Shown here: piece after piece, positions 9,967 to 21,033 of the stretch | Layout: each line of letters begins with the position of its first letter | Position numbering within the stretch: position 1 is the stretch's first letter | NCBI GenBank assembly: GCA_965214935.1 | Contig: CBDCCS010000011.1 | Span: forward strand, 192,001 to 256,000 | DNA length: 64,000 bases | Origin: Candidatus Velthaea sp. | GTDB lineage: Bacteria; Vulcanimicrobiota; Vulcanimicrobiia; Vulcanimicrobiales; Vulcanimicrobiaceae | Reading direction: 5' to 3' | The notes under the pieces: generated by a model | Told to the model about the DNA's origin: nothing | Database searches by the model: none | The model's input: the letters and a program-made list of their open reading frames with translations, nothing else | Position numbers and translations under genes: made by a program

Positions 9967-10860
9967 TTAGGCCGGCTCCGTAACGAAAACACGGCTTTGG
10001 CGAATGTCTTGCGCTTCGATCGTCATCAAATCGTCGCGCGTCAGGACGCCGCCGAGTGCGAAGAGGCGATTGGCTTGGCGCAGCCTGGCGCGTCCGATGG
10101 CGTTACGCACGCTGCGGGCATTGGCAAAGAACGGCTGCTGCATGCGCAACGTCAAGTACTGCTCGAACGCTGCGTGCGCATCGGCGGTTAGCCGGTAATT
10201 GAGTTGGCCGATCATCAGTTGCGCGATTTCGATGAGCTCGTCACTCGAGTAATCCGGAAAGTCGATGTGGTTGCCGACGCGTGATTTAAGACCCGGATTG
10301 CTCGAGAAGAAGTGTTCCATCCGATCGCGATAGCCGGCAAAAATGACTACGAGGTCGTCGCGATTGTTCTCCATCGATTGCAGCAGGATCTCGATCGCTT
10401 CGCCGCCGTAATCGCGCTCGTTCTCCGCCTTGTACAAGTAGTAAGCTTCATCAATGAAGAGCACGCCGCCCATCGCCCGTTTGATGACGTCCTTCGTTTT
10501 GGGCGCCGTATGTCCGATGAATTGCCCGACCAGATCGTCGCGCGTCACGGCAACGAGGTGACCCTTGCGTACGTATCCGAGACTTTTGAGTATCGCGGCC
10601 ATCCGCATGGCGACCGTCGTCTTGCCGGTCCCGGGTCCGCCGGTGAACGACATATGCAACGGCGGAGGTTCGGTTTCTAAACCCACGCGCTTACGTAAGC
10701 GGTCGACCAGCAACAACGCGGCGATTTCCCGGATGCGGCTCTTTACCGGCGCAAGACCGATCAACTCGCGATCGAGTTGCTCGACGATCGCGCCGATATT
10801 CGATTCGGCGTAGGCCGCCGTAATGTCGAGCGGCTTGTCGTCGACCGGATCGGCACTCAT
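9967..10860 (-). CDS. cbbX: RuBisCO activase CbbX (AAA+)
   Basis: GPGTGKT and FIDEAYYL...ERDYG motifs; directly after cbbS. Confidence 0.96.
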   Translation of the reverse strand: MSADPVDDKPLDITAAYAESNIGAIVEQLDRELIGLAPVKSRIREIAALLLVDRLRKRVGLETEPPPLHMSFTGGPGTGKTTVAMRMAAILKSLGYVRKGHLVAVTRDDLVGQFIGHTAPKTKDVIKRAMGGVLFIDEAYYLYKAENERDYGGEAIEILLQSMENNRDDLVVIFAGYRDRMEHFFSSNPGLKSRVGNHIDFPDYSSDELIEIAQLMIGQLNYRLTADAHAAFEQYLTLRMQQPFFANARSVRNAIGRARLRQANRLFALGGVLTRDDLMTIEAQDIRQSRVFVTEPA

Positions 10861-11279
10861 GTCGAGTAGCGTGTCTCCCGCGCCTCATCGACGGAGTATG
10901 CTGCGATGGAATAGCGTTGAACGCGATCGTTTGCGTTCTGACGTTCGAGGCGAAAGCCCGGTTCGTGCGCGGGGCGGTTAATGATGAAGCTCAAGGCCGT
11001 CGTTTGGCGGCCGTAACGTGCATCGTAGGCGTTGACTTTGATATACGCCTCGGGGTACTCGCTACGGGCGTTCGCGATCGCCGACATGATCTCGGACGCA
11101 TCGTGCGTATCGAACATCGGAAGTCCGAACATCTCCCAATACGAATTGCGCGGGTGCGGGTCGTTCGTGTATTCGATCGAGATCGGCCACTCATTGTCGA
11201 GCGCATACTGCACTTGTTTTGTAATCTGCTCGTCGGTCAGATCGGGCAGAAAAGAGAATGTTCCCTGAGTAACTCGCAT
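10857..11279 (-). CDS. cbbS: RuBisCO small subunit, red type
   Basis: [25 protein letters not shown] and red-type C-terminal EPGF hairpin. Confidence 0.97.
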   Translation of the reverse strand: MRVTQGTFSFLPDLTDEQITKQVQYALDNEWPISIEYTNDPHPRNSYWEMFGLPMFDTHDASEIMSAIANARSEYPEAYIKVNAYDARYGRQTTALSFIINRPAHEPGFRLERQNANDRVQRYSIAAYSVDEARETRYST

Positions 11280-11385
11280 GCATCGGTCTCCCAAAAAAGC
11301 GCGCTTTTCGACCTCGAGTCGACCTTGAAGCGCGCCGGCGATTCTACGTAATTGCGTTGCGTCGGCTGCAACCGGACGATCGAAG

Positions 11386-12953
<1,568 letters not shown>

Positions 12954-12955
<2 letters not shown>

Positions 12956-13829
12956 GCTTTCGCTCAATCAAATTCGGACGTTTCTGGAAGTTGCCGCCGG
13001 CGGGTCCGTGCGGATCGCCGCCGAGCGCTTGGTCATTTCGCAACCGGCGGTGTCGTCGGCGCTGGCCGGCTTGCAGCGCACCATCGGCGTGCCGATCGTC
13101 GAACGTGACGGCCGCGGCGTGCGTCTGACCGCAGCGGGAGAACGCCTGGCAACGTACGGCCGGCGTATTTTCGCCTTGATGGATGAGGCGATTTCCGAAG
13201 CGCGAGCAGCCGCCGATCCGGCCTTACGCCGCCTATCGCTTGCCGCCGTACCGACGGCCGCCGAACAATTGTTGCCCGAACTGCTCAGTGGTTTTCGCGC
13301 CCAGCGCGACGCCGTCAATCTCGACTTGGAGGTCGCTAATAAGGATCGCGTTTGGGAGTTGCTGGCACACTGGGAAGCGGATTTGGTCTTAGCGGGGCGC
13401 CCGCCGCACCACGGATTCGTGACCTTAGCGGTGCGTTCGAATGCCGTTGTCGTCGTCGGGTCCCCCGATCGGGCCTATTCCGCAGACGATTTAGCGCGCA
13501 CAACGTGGCTGTTGCGCGAAGTTGGTTCGGGCACGCGCGAAACGACGCAAGCGGTCTTTGCGCAACTCGGAATAAATCCGCCGGCCGTGACGATCGGCTC
13601 GAACGCTGCGATTCGGGAGTGCGTGCGAATCGGCTTGGGAATCTCGCTGCTATCGCGCGACGCCGTCGCGCGGGATGTGGAGAGCGGCCATCTGCGAGAG
13701 ATACCGACGCCGATTACTCCGCTGGTTCGAGATTGGCATCTCGTCGCCGGAAGCGATCGCGAACTATCTGCCGGCGCCCACCGTTTTCTCGCATACGTTC
13801 TCGCGAACGGCGCTTTCCGAACGCTGTGA
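12954..13829 (+). CDS. cbbR: LysR-family regulator CbbR
   Basis: LysR HTH (AAERLVISQPAVS), REVGSGTR motif typical of CbbR, divergent from cbbL. Confidence 0.9.
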
Positions 13830-13967
13830 TACGTACGTCCACATTCAAGCCGAACCGGCCGCTTCTGAAACTTTTTTACATTGTGATGGATGAAAAGAGG
13901 GACTCGGTTGCAACTAACCATAACGACAGGTGCCTCAGCTCGACGCTCGCATCGATGAGGCGCACAA

Positions 13968-14930
13968 GTGGCAAACTTACTTTGGTTACAAGGCGGCGCA
14001 TGTTCGGGAAACACGATGTCGTTTCTCAACGCCGAAGAACCGAGTGCATGCGATCTCGTGACCGATTTCGGAATCAACATTTTATGGCATCCGTCGCTGG
14101 GTCTTGAGCTCGGCGACAACCTCAAAGCGATGTTGAACAAATGCATATCGGGTGAAATCGCACTCGATATTTTTGTGTTCGAAGGGACGGTCGTTAACGC
14201 GCCGGACGGAACGGGCGAATGGAATCGCTTTGCCGGTAAGCCCATGAAGCAATGGGTGCGCGCGCTGGCCGATGCCGCGCAGTTCGTCGTTGCGATCGGC
14301 GATTGTGCGACGTGGGGCGGCATACCGGCGATGGCACCGAATCCTTCGCAGTCCGAAGGCGTGCAGTTTCTCAAGAAACAGCACGGCGGCTTTTTAGGGA
14401 AGACCTTTACCTCTAAAGCCGGCTTGCCGGTCATCAACATTCCCGGCTGTCCCGCGCATCCGGATTGGGTGACGCAAATTCTCGTTGCCGTCGCGAGCGG
14501 CCGTGCCGCCGACATCGGGCTCGACGATCTGCAGCGGCCCAAGACGTTTTTCACCAGCTTCACGCAGACGGGCTGCACGCGCAACATTCAGTTCGCCTAC
14601 AAGGCGTCGGCCACGGAGTTCGGTCAGCGCAAAGGCTGTTTGTTTTACGACCTCGGCTGCCGCGGTCCGATGACGCATTCGCCGTGTAACCGGATTTTGT
14701 GGAATCGGCAATCGTCGAAGACGCGTTCGGGAATGCCGTGCCTGGGTTGCACCGAGCCTGAATTTCCATTCCACGATCTTGCGCCCGGAACGGTCTTCAA
14801 AACGCAAACGGTCATGGGCATGCCGCGCGAATTGCCGGCCGGCTCGAATAAGCCGGGTTACGTTCGGCTCACCGCGACGGCGAAAGCTACCGCGCCGTCG
14901 TGGGTCGACGATGACATGTTCGTCGTTTAG
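13968..14930 (+). CDS. hucS: Group 2a [NiFe]-hydrogenase small subunit (HucS / cyanobacterial HupS-like)
   Basis: WLQGGACSGNTMS (Asn in place of proximal Cys), PGCPAHP and FTQTGCTRN (Gln in place of distal His); no Tat signal. Confidence 0.92.
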   Translation: MANLLWLQGGACSGNTMSFLNAEEPSACDLVTDFGINILWHPSLGLELGDNLKAMLNKCISGEIALDIFVFEGTVVNAPDGTGEWNRFAGKPMKQWVRALADAAQFVVAIGDCATWGGIPAMAPNPSQSEGVQFLKKQHGGFLGKTFTSKAGLPVINIPGCPAHPDWVTQILVAVASGRAADIGLDDLQRPKTFFTSFTQTGCTRNIQFAYKASATEFGQRKGCLFYDLGCRGPMTHSPCNRILWNRQSSKTRSGMPCLGCTEPEFPFHDLAPGTVFKTQTVMGMPRELPAGSNKPGYVRLTATAKATAPSWVDDDMFVV

Positions 14931-14990
14931 ACCGGCTCGCGGCCGGCTCGCGCATTACATCACCGCGTCAAGCTTTTAGGAGCGCGCATC

Positions 14991-16592
14991 ATGGCGACTA
15001 CTGCGGTACAAACTCTGGATATTTCGCCGGTCGGCCGGGTCGAGGGCGACCTTGACGTGCGCGTCGATATTGCCGACGGCGTCGTCGTCAATGCTTGGAC
15101 GCAAGCCGAACTTTTTCGCGGCTTCGAGGTAATCTTGCGTGACAAAGATCCGCAAGCCGGGCTCGTCGTGACGCCGCGCGCATGCGGAATATGCGGTGCC
15201 TCGCATCTGACGTGTGCGGCGTGGGCGCTCGATACTGCGTGGGAGACGACCGTACCGCGCAATGCGATCTTGGCGCGCAACCTCGGTCAGATCGTAGAAA
15301 GTCTGCAAAGTCTGCCGCGGCATCATTACGGGCTGTTCATGATCGACGCGACGAATAAAAATTACGCCGACAGTCCGTACTACGCCGAGGCCGTTCGGCG
15401 GTACGCGCCGTTCACGGGCAAACATTATGAAGCCGGCGTTACGATTTCGGGCCGTCCGGTCGAAATTTATGCGTTGCTCGGCGGTCAATGGCCGCATTCG
15501 AGCTACATGGTTCCCGGCGGCGTCATGTGCGCGCCGACATTGACGGACGTCACGCGCGCGACGGCGATTCTCGATTTTTTCCGTAAAAACTGGATCGAGC
15601 CGATGTGGCTGGGCTGCACGCTCGAACGCTACGAAGAAATTAAGTCCTACGACGATTTCATGGCTTGGCTCGACGAACGGCCCGAACATGCCGATTCGGA
15701 TCTCGGCATGTATTGGCGCATGGGTCTCGATATGGGTCTCGATACATACGGTCGCGGTCACGGCAAATACATTAGCTGGGGCTATCTGCCGCATGAAGAT
15801 AAGTATCAGCAGCCGACAATCGACGGCCGTAATGCGGCGTTGATTATGAAGTCCGGCGTGTATGACGGTGCCACCGATACGTTCAAGTTGATGGATCAGG
15901 CGTTTACGCGCGAAGATATGGAGCACGCCTGGTACGATGAGACCGGCATCGTTCATCCGTTCGAACGGACCACGCGCCCGACGCAAAAGAATACGATCGA
16001 TTTTGACGGCAAGTATTCATGGTGTACCGCGGTCCAGCACGAAGAAAACGGCCGGCTCGAAGCCGGTCCGCTGGCGCGGCAGCTCATCGCCGGCGGCACG
16101 CACGGGCAACCCTGGCAGTGGTACGATCCGCTCGTTCACGACATGTACAAGAAGATGGGCGGTGCGAGCGTGCTGCTACGCCATTTCGCGCGCATGCACG
16201 AAGTTGCAAAGTTGTACCGCGAAGCCGAGCGCGCGCTCAAAGAGTTCCGCTTGAACGAACCGTGGTACATCAAACCGGTCGAAAAAGACGGCAAAGGCTG
16301 GGGCGCGACCGAGGCGATTCGCGGCGCGCTGTGTCACTGGATCGAGATCGAGTTCGGTAAAATAAAGAATTATCAGATCGTCGCGCCGACGACATGGAAT
16401 GTCGGGCCGCGTTCGGGCAATCACGAACTTGGGCCGATCGAACAAGCACTGATCGGGACGCCGATCAAGGATATTCTCGATCCGGTCGAAGTCGGTCATG
16501 TCTGCCGTTCGTACGATTCGTGTTTGGTCTGCACGGTACACGCCCATGATGCAACGACGGGGGCCGAACTCGCGCGCTTTCGTACCGCGTGA
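14991..16592 (+). CDS. hucL: Group 2a [NiFe]-hydrogenase large subunit
   Basis: L1 motif PRACGICGASH; L2 motif RSYDSCLVCTVH plus a cleavable C-terminal extension. Confidence 0.94.
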   Translation: MATTAVQTLDISPVGRVEGDLDVRVDIADGVVVNAWTQAELFRGFEVILRDKDPQAGLVVTPRACGICGASHLTCAAWALDTAWETTVPRNAILARNLGQIVESLQSLPRHHYGLFMIDATNKNYADSPYYAEAVRRYAPFTGKHYEAGVTISGRPVEIYALLGGQWPHSSYMVPGGVMCAPTLTDVTRATAILDFFRKNWIEPMWLGCTLERYEEIKSYDDFMAWLDERPEHADSDLGMYWRMGLDMGLDTYGRGHGKYISWGYLPHEDKYQQPTIDGRNAALIMKSGVYDGATDTFKLMDQAFTREDMEHAWYDETGIVHPFERTTRPTQKNTIDFDGKYSWCTAVQHEENGRLEAGPLARQLIAGGTHGQPWQWYDPLVHDMYKKMGGASVLLRHFARMHEVAKLYREAERALKEFRLNEPWYIKPVEKDGKGWGATEAIRGALCHWIEIEFGKIKNYQIVAPTTWNVGPRSGNHELGPIEQALIGTPIKDILDPVEVGHVCRSYDSCLVCTVHAHDATTGAELARFRTA

Positions 16593-16606
16593 TTCGCACC
16601 TAAGCG

Positions 16607-17104
16607 ATGCTAGCCATCATCGGCTGCGGCAACCCGACGCGCAGTGACGACGGCGTCGGCTGCGCCGTCGTGCGCCGGCTGCTGACGGAGCTTGACCTGT
16701 CGGCCGCTGACGTGCGCGTGCTTGACGCCGGTACCGACGGCATGGCGGTCATGTTTGCCGCCCGCGGCGCAGACGAACTCGTCATCATCGATGCCAGCCG
16801 CAGCGGCAGTCCCGCGGGCGCGATTTCCGAAGTTCCCGGCGACGTGCTCGAGCGGCCGTACACGCCGTCACTGAATCTGCACGACTTTCGTTGGGAAAAC
16901 GCGCTGGCCACGGGACGCCTGATGTTCGCAGCGGCGTTTCCCACGCGCGTCACGGTCTTTCTGGTCGAAGCGGCGAGCGTCGATTACGGGCTCACGCTTT
17001 CGGCGCCCGTCACGGCGGCGGCCGATACCGTCGTTGCGCGCGTCGTCGCATTGGCCCGCGCTCATCGCCATGCTCGCACCGTCGCCGCGAGCGCCTCGGC
17101 ATGA
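16607..17104 (+). CDS. Hydrogenase maturation endopeptidase (HupW/HyaD-like)
   Basis: GCGNPTRSDDGVG, DAGT and LHDFRW motifs. Confidence 0.92.
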   Translation: MLAIIGCGNPTRSDDGVGCAVVRRLLTELDLSAADVRVLDAGTDGMAVMFAARGADELVIIDASRSGSPAGAISEVPGDVLERPYTPSLNLHDFRWENALATGRLMFAAAFPTRVTVFLVEAASVDYGLTLSAPVTAAADTVVARVVALARAHRHARTVAASASA

Positions 17105-17421
17105 GCGCGCAGGTGCGTTTGCGCGCGGGACGGTTGTATCTCGATGCAGCGACGAGTCTTACGTATCTGCCGCAGCGCGAAGCGGTAACGCTGTTCCGGC
17201 GCGATGACGATCTGTTTATCATCCCGCTGCAATCGGCCGCCGGCGGCTATCTGCTCAAGATGCGCACGGCGGCGGGCGATCGGGTTATCGACGCCGAGGA
17301 CTTTTTTCGCGAACACGGGCTTGACGATTCGCGTGAACGTCCGCTCGACGTCGTTTGGTCGGCGCAGGCCGCGGCCCTCGTTGCGAGCGGCGCGTTTTGC
17401 GAACGAGCGGACCAACGCTGA
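17101..17421 (+). CDS. Hypothetical protein in the hydrogenase operon
   Basis: ATGA overlap with the protease gene and TGATG junction with the TPR gene. Confidence 0.7.
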   Translation: MSAQVRLRAGRLYLDAATSLTYLPQREAVTLFRRDDDLFIIPLQSAAGGYLLKMRTAAGDRVIDAEDFFREHGLDDSRERPLDVVWSAQAAALVASGAFCERADQR

Positions 17422-18428
17422 TGGCGACGAGCAAAGTCGACGAACTCATCGCCGCCGCGCTGGCGGCTGCCGACGTTGAAACGACGACGCCGATCGAACG
17501 TGCGGAGATGCTCGTCGAGATCGCCATGGGCTTGCACCACCGGCCGAAGTCGGCCGATCAGTTGTATGCCGCCGTCGAACTATACGAACGTGCTATTGGG
17601 TTGTGTTCGCCCGATGACTACGTGCTGATCGCGCGCATTCGGGCACGCATGGGAACCGCGTTGCAGGCGATCCCCGGCGAAAGTACCGACGAACTGGTGC
17701 GCGCGCGCCAAGCCTACGATGCGGCGCGCAAGGTGCTCGCTGTCGCCGGCACGCCCGAAGAGCTCGCCGAGGTCGACCTCAATATCGGGTTGGTCGTGCA
17801 GGCGCTGGCGTCGGCGGGCCGAGCGCTCATCACCGATGCGATAGCGGCCTATCAGCGCGCGCTGCTGACCTTCGACCGCGCGGCGTTTCCGCAAGAATAT
17901 GCAATCTTGCAAAATAACCTTGCGACCGCGTTTCTCTCGATTCCCTTTAGCGACGAGCGGTCGAAAATGCGCGAAGCACTCGCGGTTCAATCGTTCGAGG
18001 AAGGCTTGCGCGTCGTCAATCTCATCGACCATCCGGCCGAATATGCGATGCTGCAAAATAATTTAGGGAATGCGCTGCAATACACGAATTCGAGTCATCC
18101 GGTCGCGAATAGTTTGCGCGCGCTTGACGCTTATGAAGAGGCGCTCAAGGTTCGCACGCGCGAAACGACGCCGCTCGAATACGCCAATACGGTTGCAAAT
18201 AAAGCGAACTGTCTGTCGAATTTGCCCGACGATCCGGAGCGCCCCGAGCAGGGCAATCGCGCGAACCTCGCTGCGGCACTTGCACTTTACCGCGAAGCGC
18301 GCACGATCTTCGCAAATTTCGGCGAGGGCGAAAAAGCGCTGCTCGTGACGGAAGCAATCGACGGCATCGAAACGGAGTTAGGCTCGGTTTTCGAGGCGTC
18401 GAGTCTCTTCGGCACCCATCGATCGTAA
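17421..18428 (+). CDS. Tetratricopeptide-repeat hydrogenase accessory protein
   Basis: Repeated EYAxLQNNLxxA helices. Confidence 0.85.
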   Translation: MATSKVDELIAAALAAADVETTTPIERAEMLVEIAMGLHHRPKSADQLYAAVELYERAIGLCSPDDYVLIARIRARMGTALQAIPGESTDELVRARQAYDAARKVLAVAGTPEELAEVDLNIGLVVQALASAGRALITDAIAAYQRALLTFDRAAFPQEYAILQNNLATAFLSIPFSDERSKMREALAVQSFEEGLRVVNLIDHPAEYAMLQNNLGNALQYTNSSHPVANSLRALDAYEEALKVRTRETTPLEYANTVANKANCLSNLPDDPERPEQGNRANLAAALALYREARTIFANFGEGEKALLVTEAIDGIETELGSVFEASSLFGTHRS

Positions 18429-18438
18429 GGAGAAGGCC

Positions 18439-18648
18439 ATGCAGATCACGCCGCTCGGCATCGTCGCCACCGTTCTTCTCGCTACCGCTGCGTCGGCCGC
18501 CGCCGGCTATGTCGCGGGCATCAATCTCGGCGGCAAAGATCTCGGTAACAGTTTGGCCGGTTTTCTGGGCACGCTGTACGGTCCGATCGCCGGCGCAACC
18601 GGCGTGATCATCGGCGTTTGCGTGCTAGCCGTCGCGGCTCGTTCGTAA
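18439..18648 (+). CDS. Small two-TM membrane protein
   Basis: AAGGAG RBS; two hydrophobic Gly/Ala-rich helices. Confidence 0.75.
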   Translation: MQITPLGIVATVLLATAASAAAGYVAGINLGGKDLGNSLAGFLGTLYGPIAGATGVIIGVCVLAVAARS

Positions 18649-18690
18649 CTCTGCTCGCACGTTTCCTCGACCGACGAAGGACCAACGATC

Positions 18691-18915
18691 ATGTGGGATT
18701 TGACCCGCGATACGGTATCACTGGTTTTACGCAATCGGCTTTTTGCCGATCCGGGCGTTGCGTACCGTCAAGCCGGCATCGGCGCGCTCGGCACGGCGCT
18801 GTTGTTCATCGTGCTGGTAAATTTGCAGCTGCCGTTGTGGCTTGCCGGTACGGTCGCCGGCTTAGCCGGCGGGTATGCGATGCCGTATTTGTTCAAACAT
18901 ATTAAATTTACGTAG
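18691..18915 (+). CDS. Small two-TM membrane protein
   Basis: AAGGA RBS; hydrophobic hairpin; stop abuts the next start. Confidence 0.75.
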   Translation: MWDLTRDTVSLVLRNRLFADPGVAYRQAGIGALGTALLFIVLVNLQLPLWLAGTVAGLAGGYAMPYLFKHIKFT

Positions 18916-19830
18916 GTGACGCAGACCGTGGTGCCGCGTGATGTCGTTGCGGCTTCGCCGGGCCCCGCCGCGCGTGCCGGCGCACGGCCGGATCTCGACA
19001 GCTTGCTCGCTGCTATCGATCGGATGGAAGCGATCGTGGCAGCGTGGGATCCGCTGCAACGCGCGACGGCGCACGCCTATCGCGAGGCGATCGACGATCT
19101 CAACGCTCAAGCTTTACGGCGCTTGATCGCGACGTTGCGCGAGGATCCCGCTGCGTTGCAAGCGCTCAAAGCTGCGCTGACCGACGACGTCGTGTACGCG
19201 GTGCTGCGTCATCACGAACTCGTCAAACCAAGTTTGCAAGAACGTGTCGAGGCGGCGCTTGCAACGGTGCGCCCGATGCTCGCATCTCACGGCGGCGACG
19301 TTCAACTCGTTCGCGTTGTGCCGCCTGCCTCGATCGAAGTGCGCTTCGTCGGCGCGTGCGAGTCATGCCCGGCGTCGGCCACGACCTTTACGCTCGGGGT
19401 CAAAAAAGCGCTCGAAGACAGCTGTCCCGAGATCGTCGAGATCCGGCAAGTCAAAGGCTTGAGCGCGGAACCCGTCGGCGGCGGCGTGCGCTTTATCAGT
19501 CCGTTCGCGGCTGATTCGGACAGCGGCTGGCTGCCGGCGGGTACGCTTGCGGAGATTCCGCTCGATGACGTTCGCTACATGCGCGTCGGCGGTGAACCGG
19601 TGATTCTCGCACGCACCGTCGACGGCGTTTCGTGCTTGCAAAACGCGTGCGCGCATCTCGGTATGCGGCTCGACGGCGGCGACGTGAAAGACGGAACGAT
19701 CGCCTGTCCGTATCACGGCTTCGTTTACGATCTGGCTTCGGGCGAATGTTTGACGGCGCGCGGCGTGCAGTTGCGCGTTCACGCCGTGCGCGTTACCGGT
19801 GACGACGTCCACGTACGTTTGTCGGCGTAA
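18916..19830 (+). CDS. NifU-like domain plus Rieske [2Fe-2S] domain protein
   Basis: VRPMLASHGGDV...GACESCP (Nfu domain) and CAH...CPYH (Rieske domain). Confidence 0.9.
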   Translation: MTQTVVPRDVVAASPGPAARAGARPDLDSLLAAIDRMEAIVAAWDPLQRATAHAYREAIDDLNAQALRRLIATLREDPAALQALKAALTDDVVYAVLRHHELVKPSLQERVEAALATVRPMLASHGGDVQLVRVVPPASIEVRFVGACESCPASATTFTLGVKKALEDSCPEIVEIRQVKGLSAEPVGGGVRFISPFAADSDSGWLPAGTLAEIPLDDVRYMRVGGEPVILARTVDGVSCLQNACAHLGMRLDGGDVKDGTIACPYHGFVYDLASGECLTARGVQLRVHAVRVTGDDVHVRLSA

Positions 19831-19839
19831 GGTAGGCGC

Positions 19840-21033
19840 ATGCGCGTTTCACTCGCCCAGCCGCGCGACCCCCGAGCGCTCTTGCCCGAAGGGCCGGCAG
19901 GTGCGTGCGCATTTCTCGAGACGCGCGGTCCGCGCGTCGTGCTGGGCGGATTGAGTGCCGGGCCGGCGGTTGTTGCGCCGGTCGTGCCGAGCGCGCAGAC
20001 GCTGTTCGCACCGCGCGGCGCGGCGCTCGCAACGTCCGGCGGTCCGCTCATCGTCGCCGATACCGGCCATCACCGCGTGCTCGTGTGGCAGCGCGTGCCC
20101 GAGCGTGACGCCACGCCGGCGGATCTGGTCATCGGTCAGCCGTCGTTCGCCCACGAAGGCCGCAATGCGTGCGGACCGGTTACTGGCGCGACCTTCAACG
20201 TGCCGGCCGGCGTTGCAACGCACGCCGGAATGCTCGCTATCGCCGATTCGTGGAATCATCGCGTGCTGCTCTGGCGCACGCTGCCGACGGCCGCGAATCA
20301 GCCCGCCGATCTCGTGCTCGGACAACCGCAGTTCAGCGGCGGGACGGCAAACGCGGGCCGCACGGTCGATGCAACCACGATGTATTGGTGTTCGGGCGTC
20401 GCCTTTAGCGAGCGCGGGTTGGTCGTTGCCGATACCGGTAACCGGCGCGTGCTCGTCTGGGACACCATGCCCGCGCAGAACGGCGCGCCCGCGGATCGCG
20501 TGCTCGGTCAAGCAACCTTTGAGAACCGCGATGAAAATGCCGGCCGGTCGTGCGCTGCGGGCGGGATGCGCTGGCCGCACGATGTGGTGCTGGCCGCGGG
20601 CCGGCTCATCGTCGCCGACGCCGGTGACAACCGGCTAATGATTTGGAATCGGCTGCCCGTAGAGAACGGCGTACCGTGTGATTTCGTCGTGGGTCAAGCC
20701 GACGTGAACGCAAGCGATCATAACGGCGGCACGTATTGGCCGACCGCGGCGCGCTTGAATATGCCGTACGGCGTCACCGTCTGCGGCGCGCAACTCATCG
20801 TTGCAGATTCGGCCAATTCGCGCTTACTGTCGTACGCCGTCGACAGGCTTCGGCCGGGGACAGCTGCGGCCGGGCTGGCCGGGCAGCCCGGGTTCTTCGA
20901 TAAGGGCGACAACCGCTGGGGCGCGCCCGTGCGTGATTCGCTTTGCTGGCCGTACGGTGTATCGGCGTGCGGCAATGTTGTCGTCGTTGCAGATTCCGGC
21001 AATAGCCGCGTACTGCTGTGGGATTGCGCATGA
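19840..21033 (+). CDS. NHL-repeat beta-propeller protein
   Basis: Six ADxxNxR-like (e.g. ADTGNRRVLVW) repeats. Confidence 0.88.
   Translation: MRVSLAQPRDPRALLPEGPAGACAFLETRGPRVVLGGLSAGPAVVAPVVPSAQTLFAPRGAALATSGGPLIVADTGHHRVLVWQRVPERDATPADLVIGQPSFAHEGRNACGPVTGATFNVPAGVATHAGMLAIADSWNHRVLLWRTLPTAANQPADLVLGQPQFSGGTANAGRTVDATTMYWCSGVAFSERGLVVADTGNRRVLVWDTMPAQNGAPADRVLGQATFENRDENAGRSCAAGGMRWPHDVVLAAGRLIVADAGDNRLMIWNRLPVENGVPCDFVVGQADVNASDHNGGTYWPTAARLNMPYGVTVCGAQLIVADSANSRLLSYAVDRLRPGTAAAGLAGQPGFFDKGDNRWGAPVRDSLCWPYGVSACGNVVVVADSGNSRVLLWDCA

Noticed and set aside
11295..11308. Perfect palindrome AAAAGCGCGCTTTT before cbbS
   Set aside because: Short and single-copy; I cannot distinguish an operator or terminator from chance
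14991..16592. Group 1h or regulatory group 2b hydrogenase
   Set aside because: Small-subunit CSGN/QTGC motifs, a cleavable large-subunit C-terminus, a dedicated protease and no HoxJ/HoxA all fit group 2a
19840..21033. Repeated DNA words (gccgataccgg, gttgcagattc) as a repeat array or CRISPR
   Set aside because: They are the coding consequence of NHL protein repeats; there is no spacer architecture
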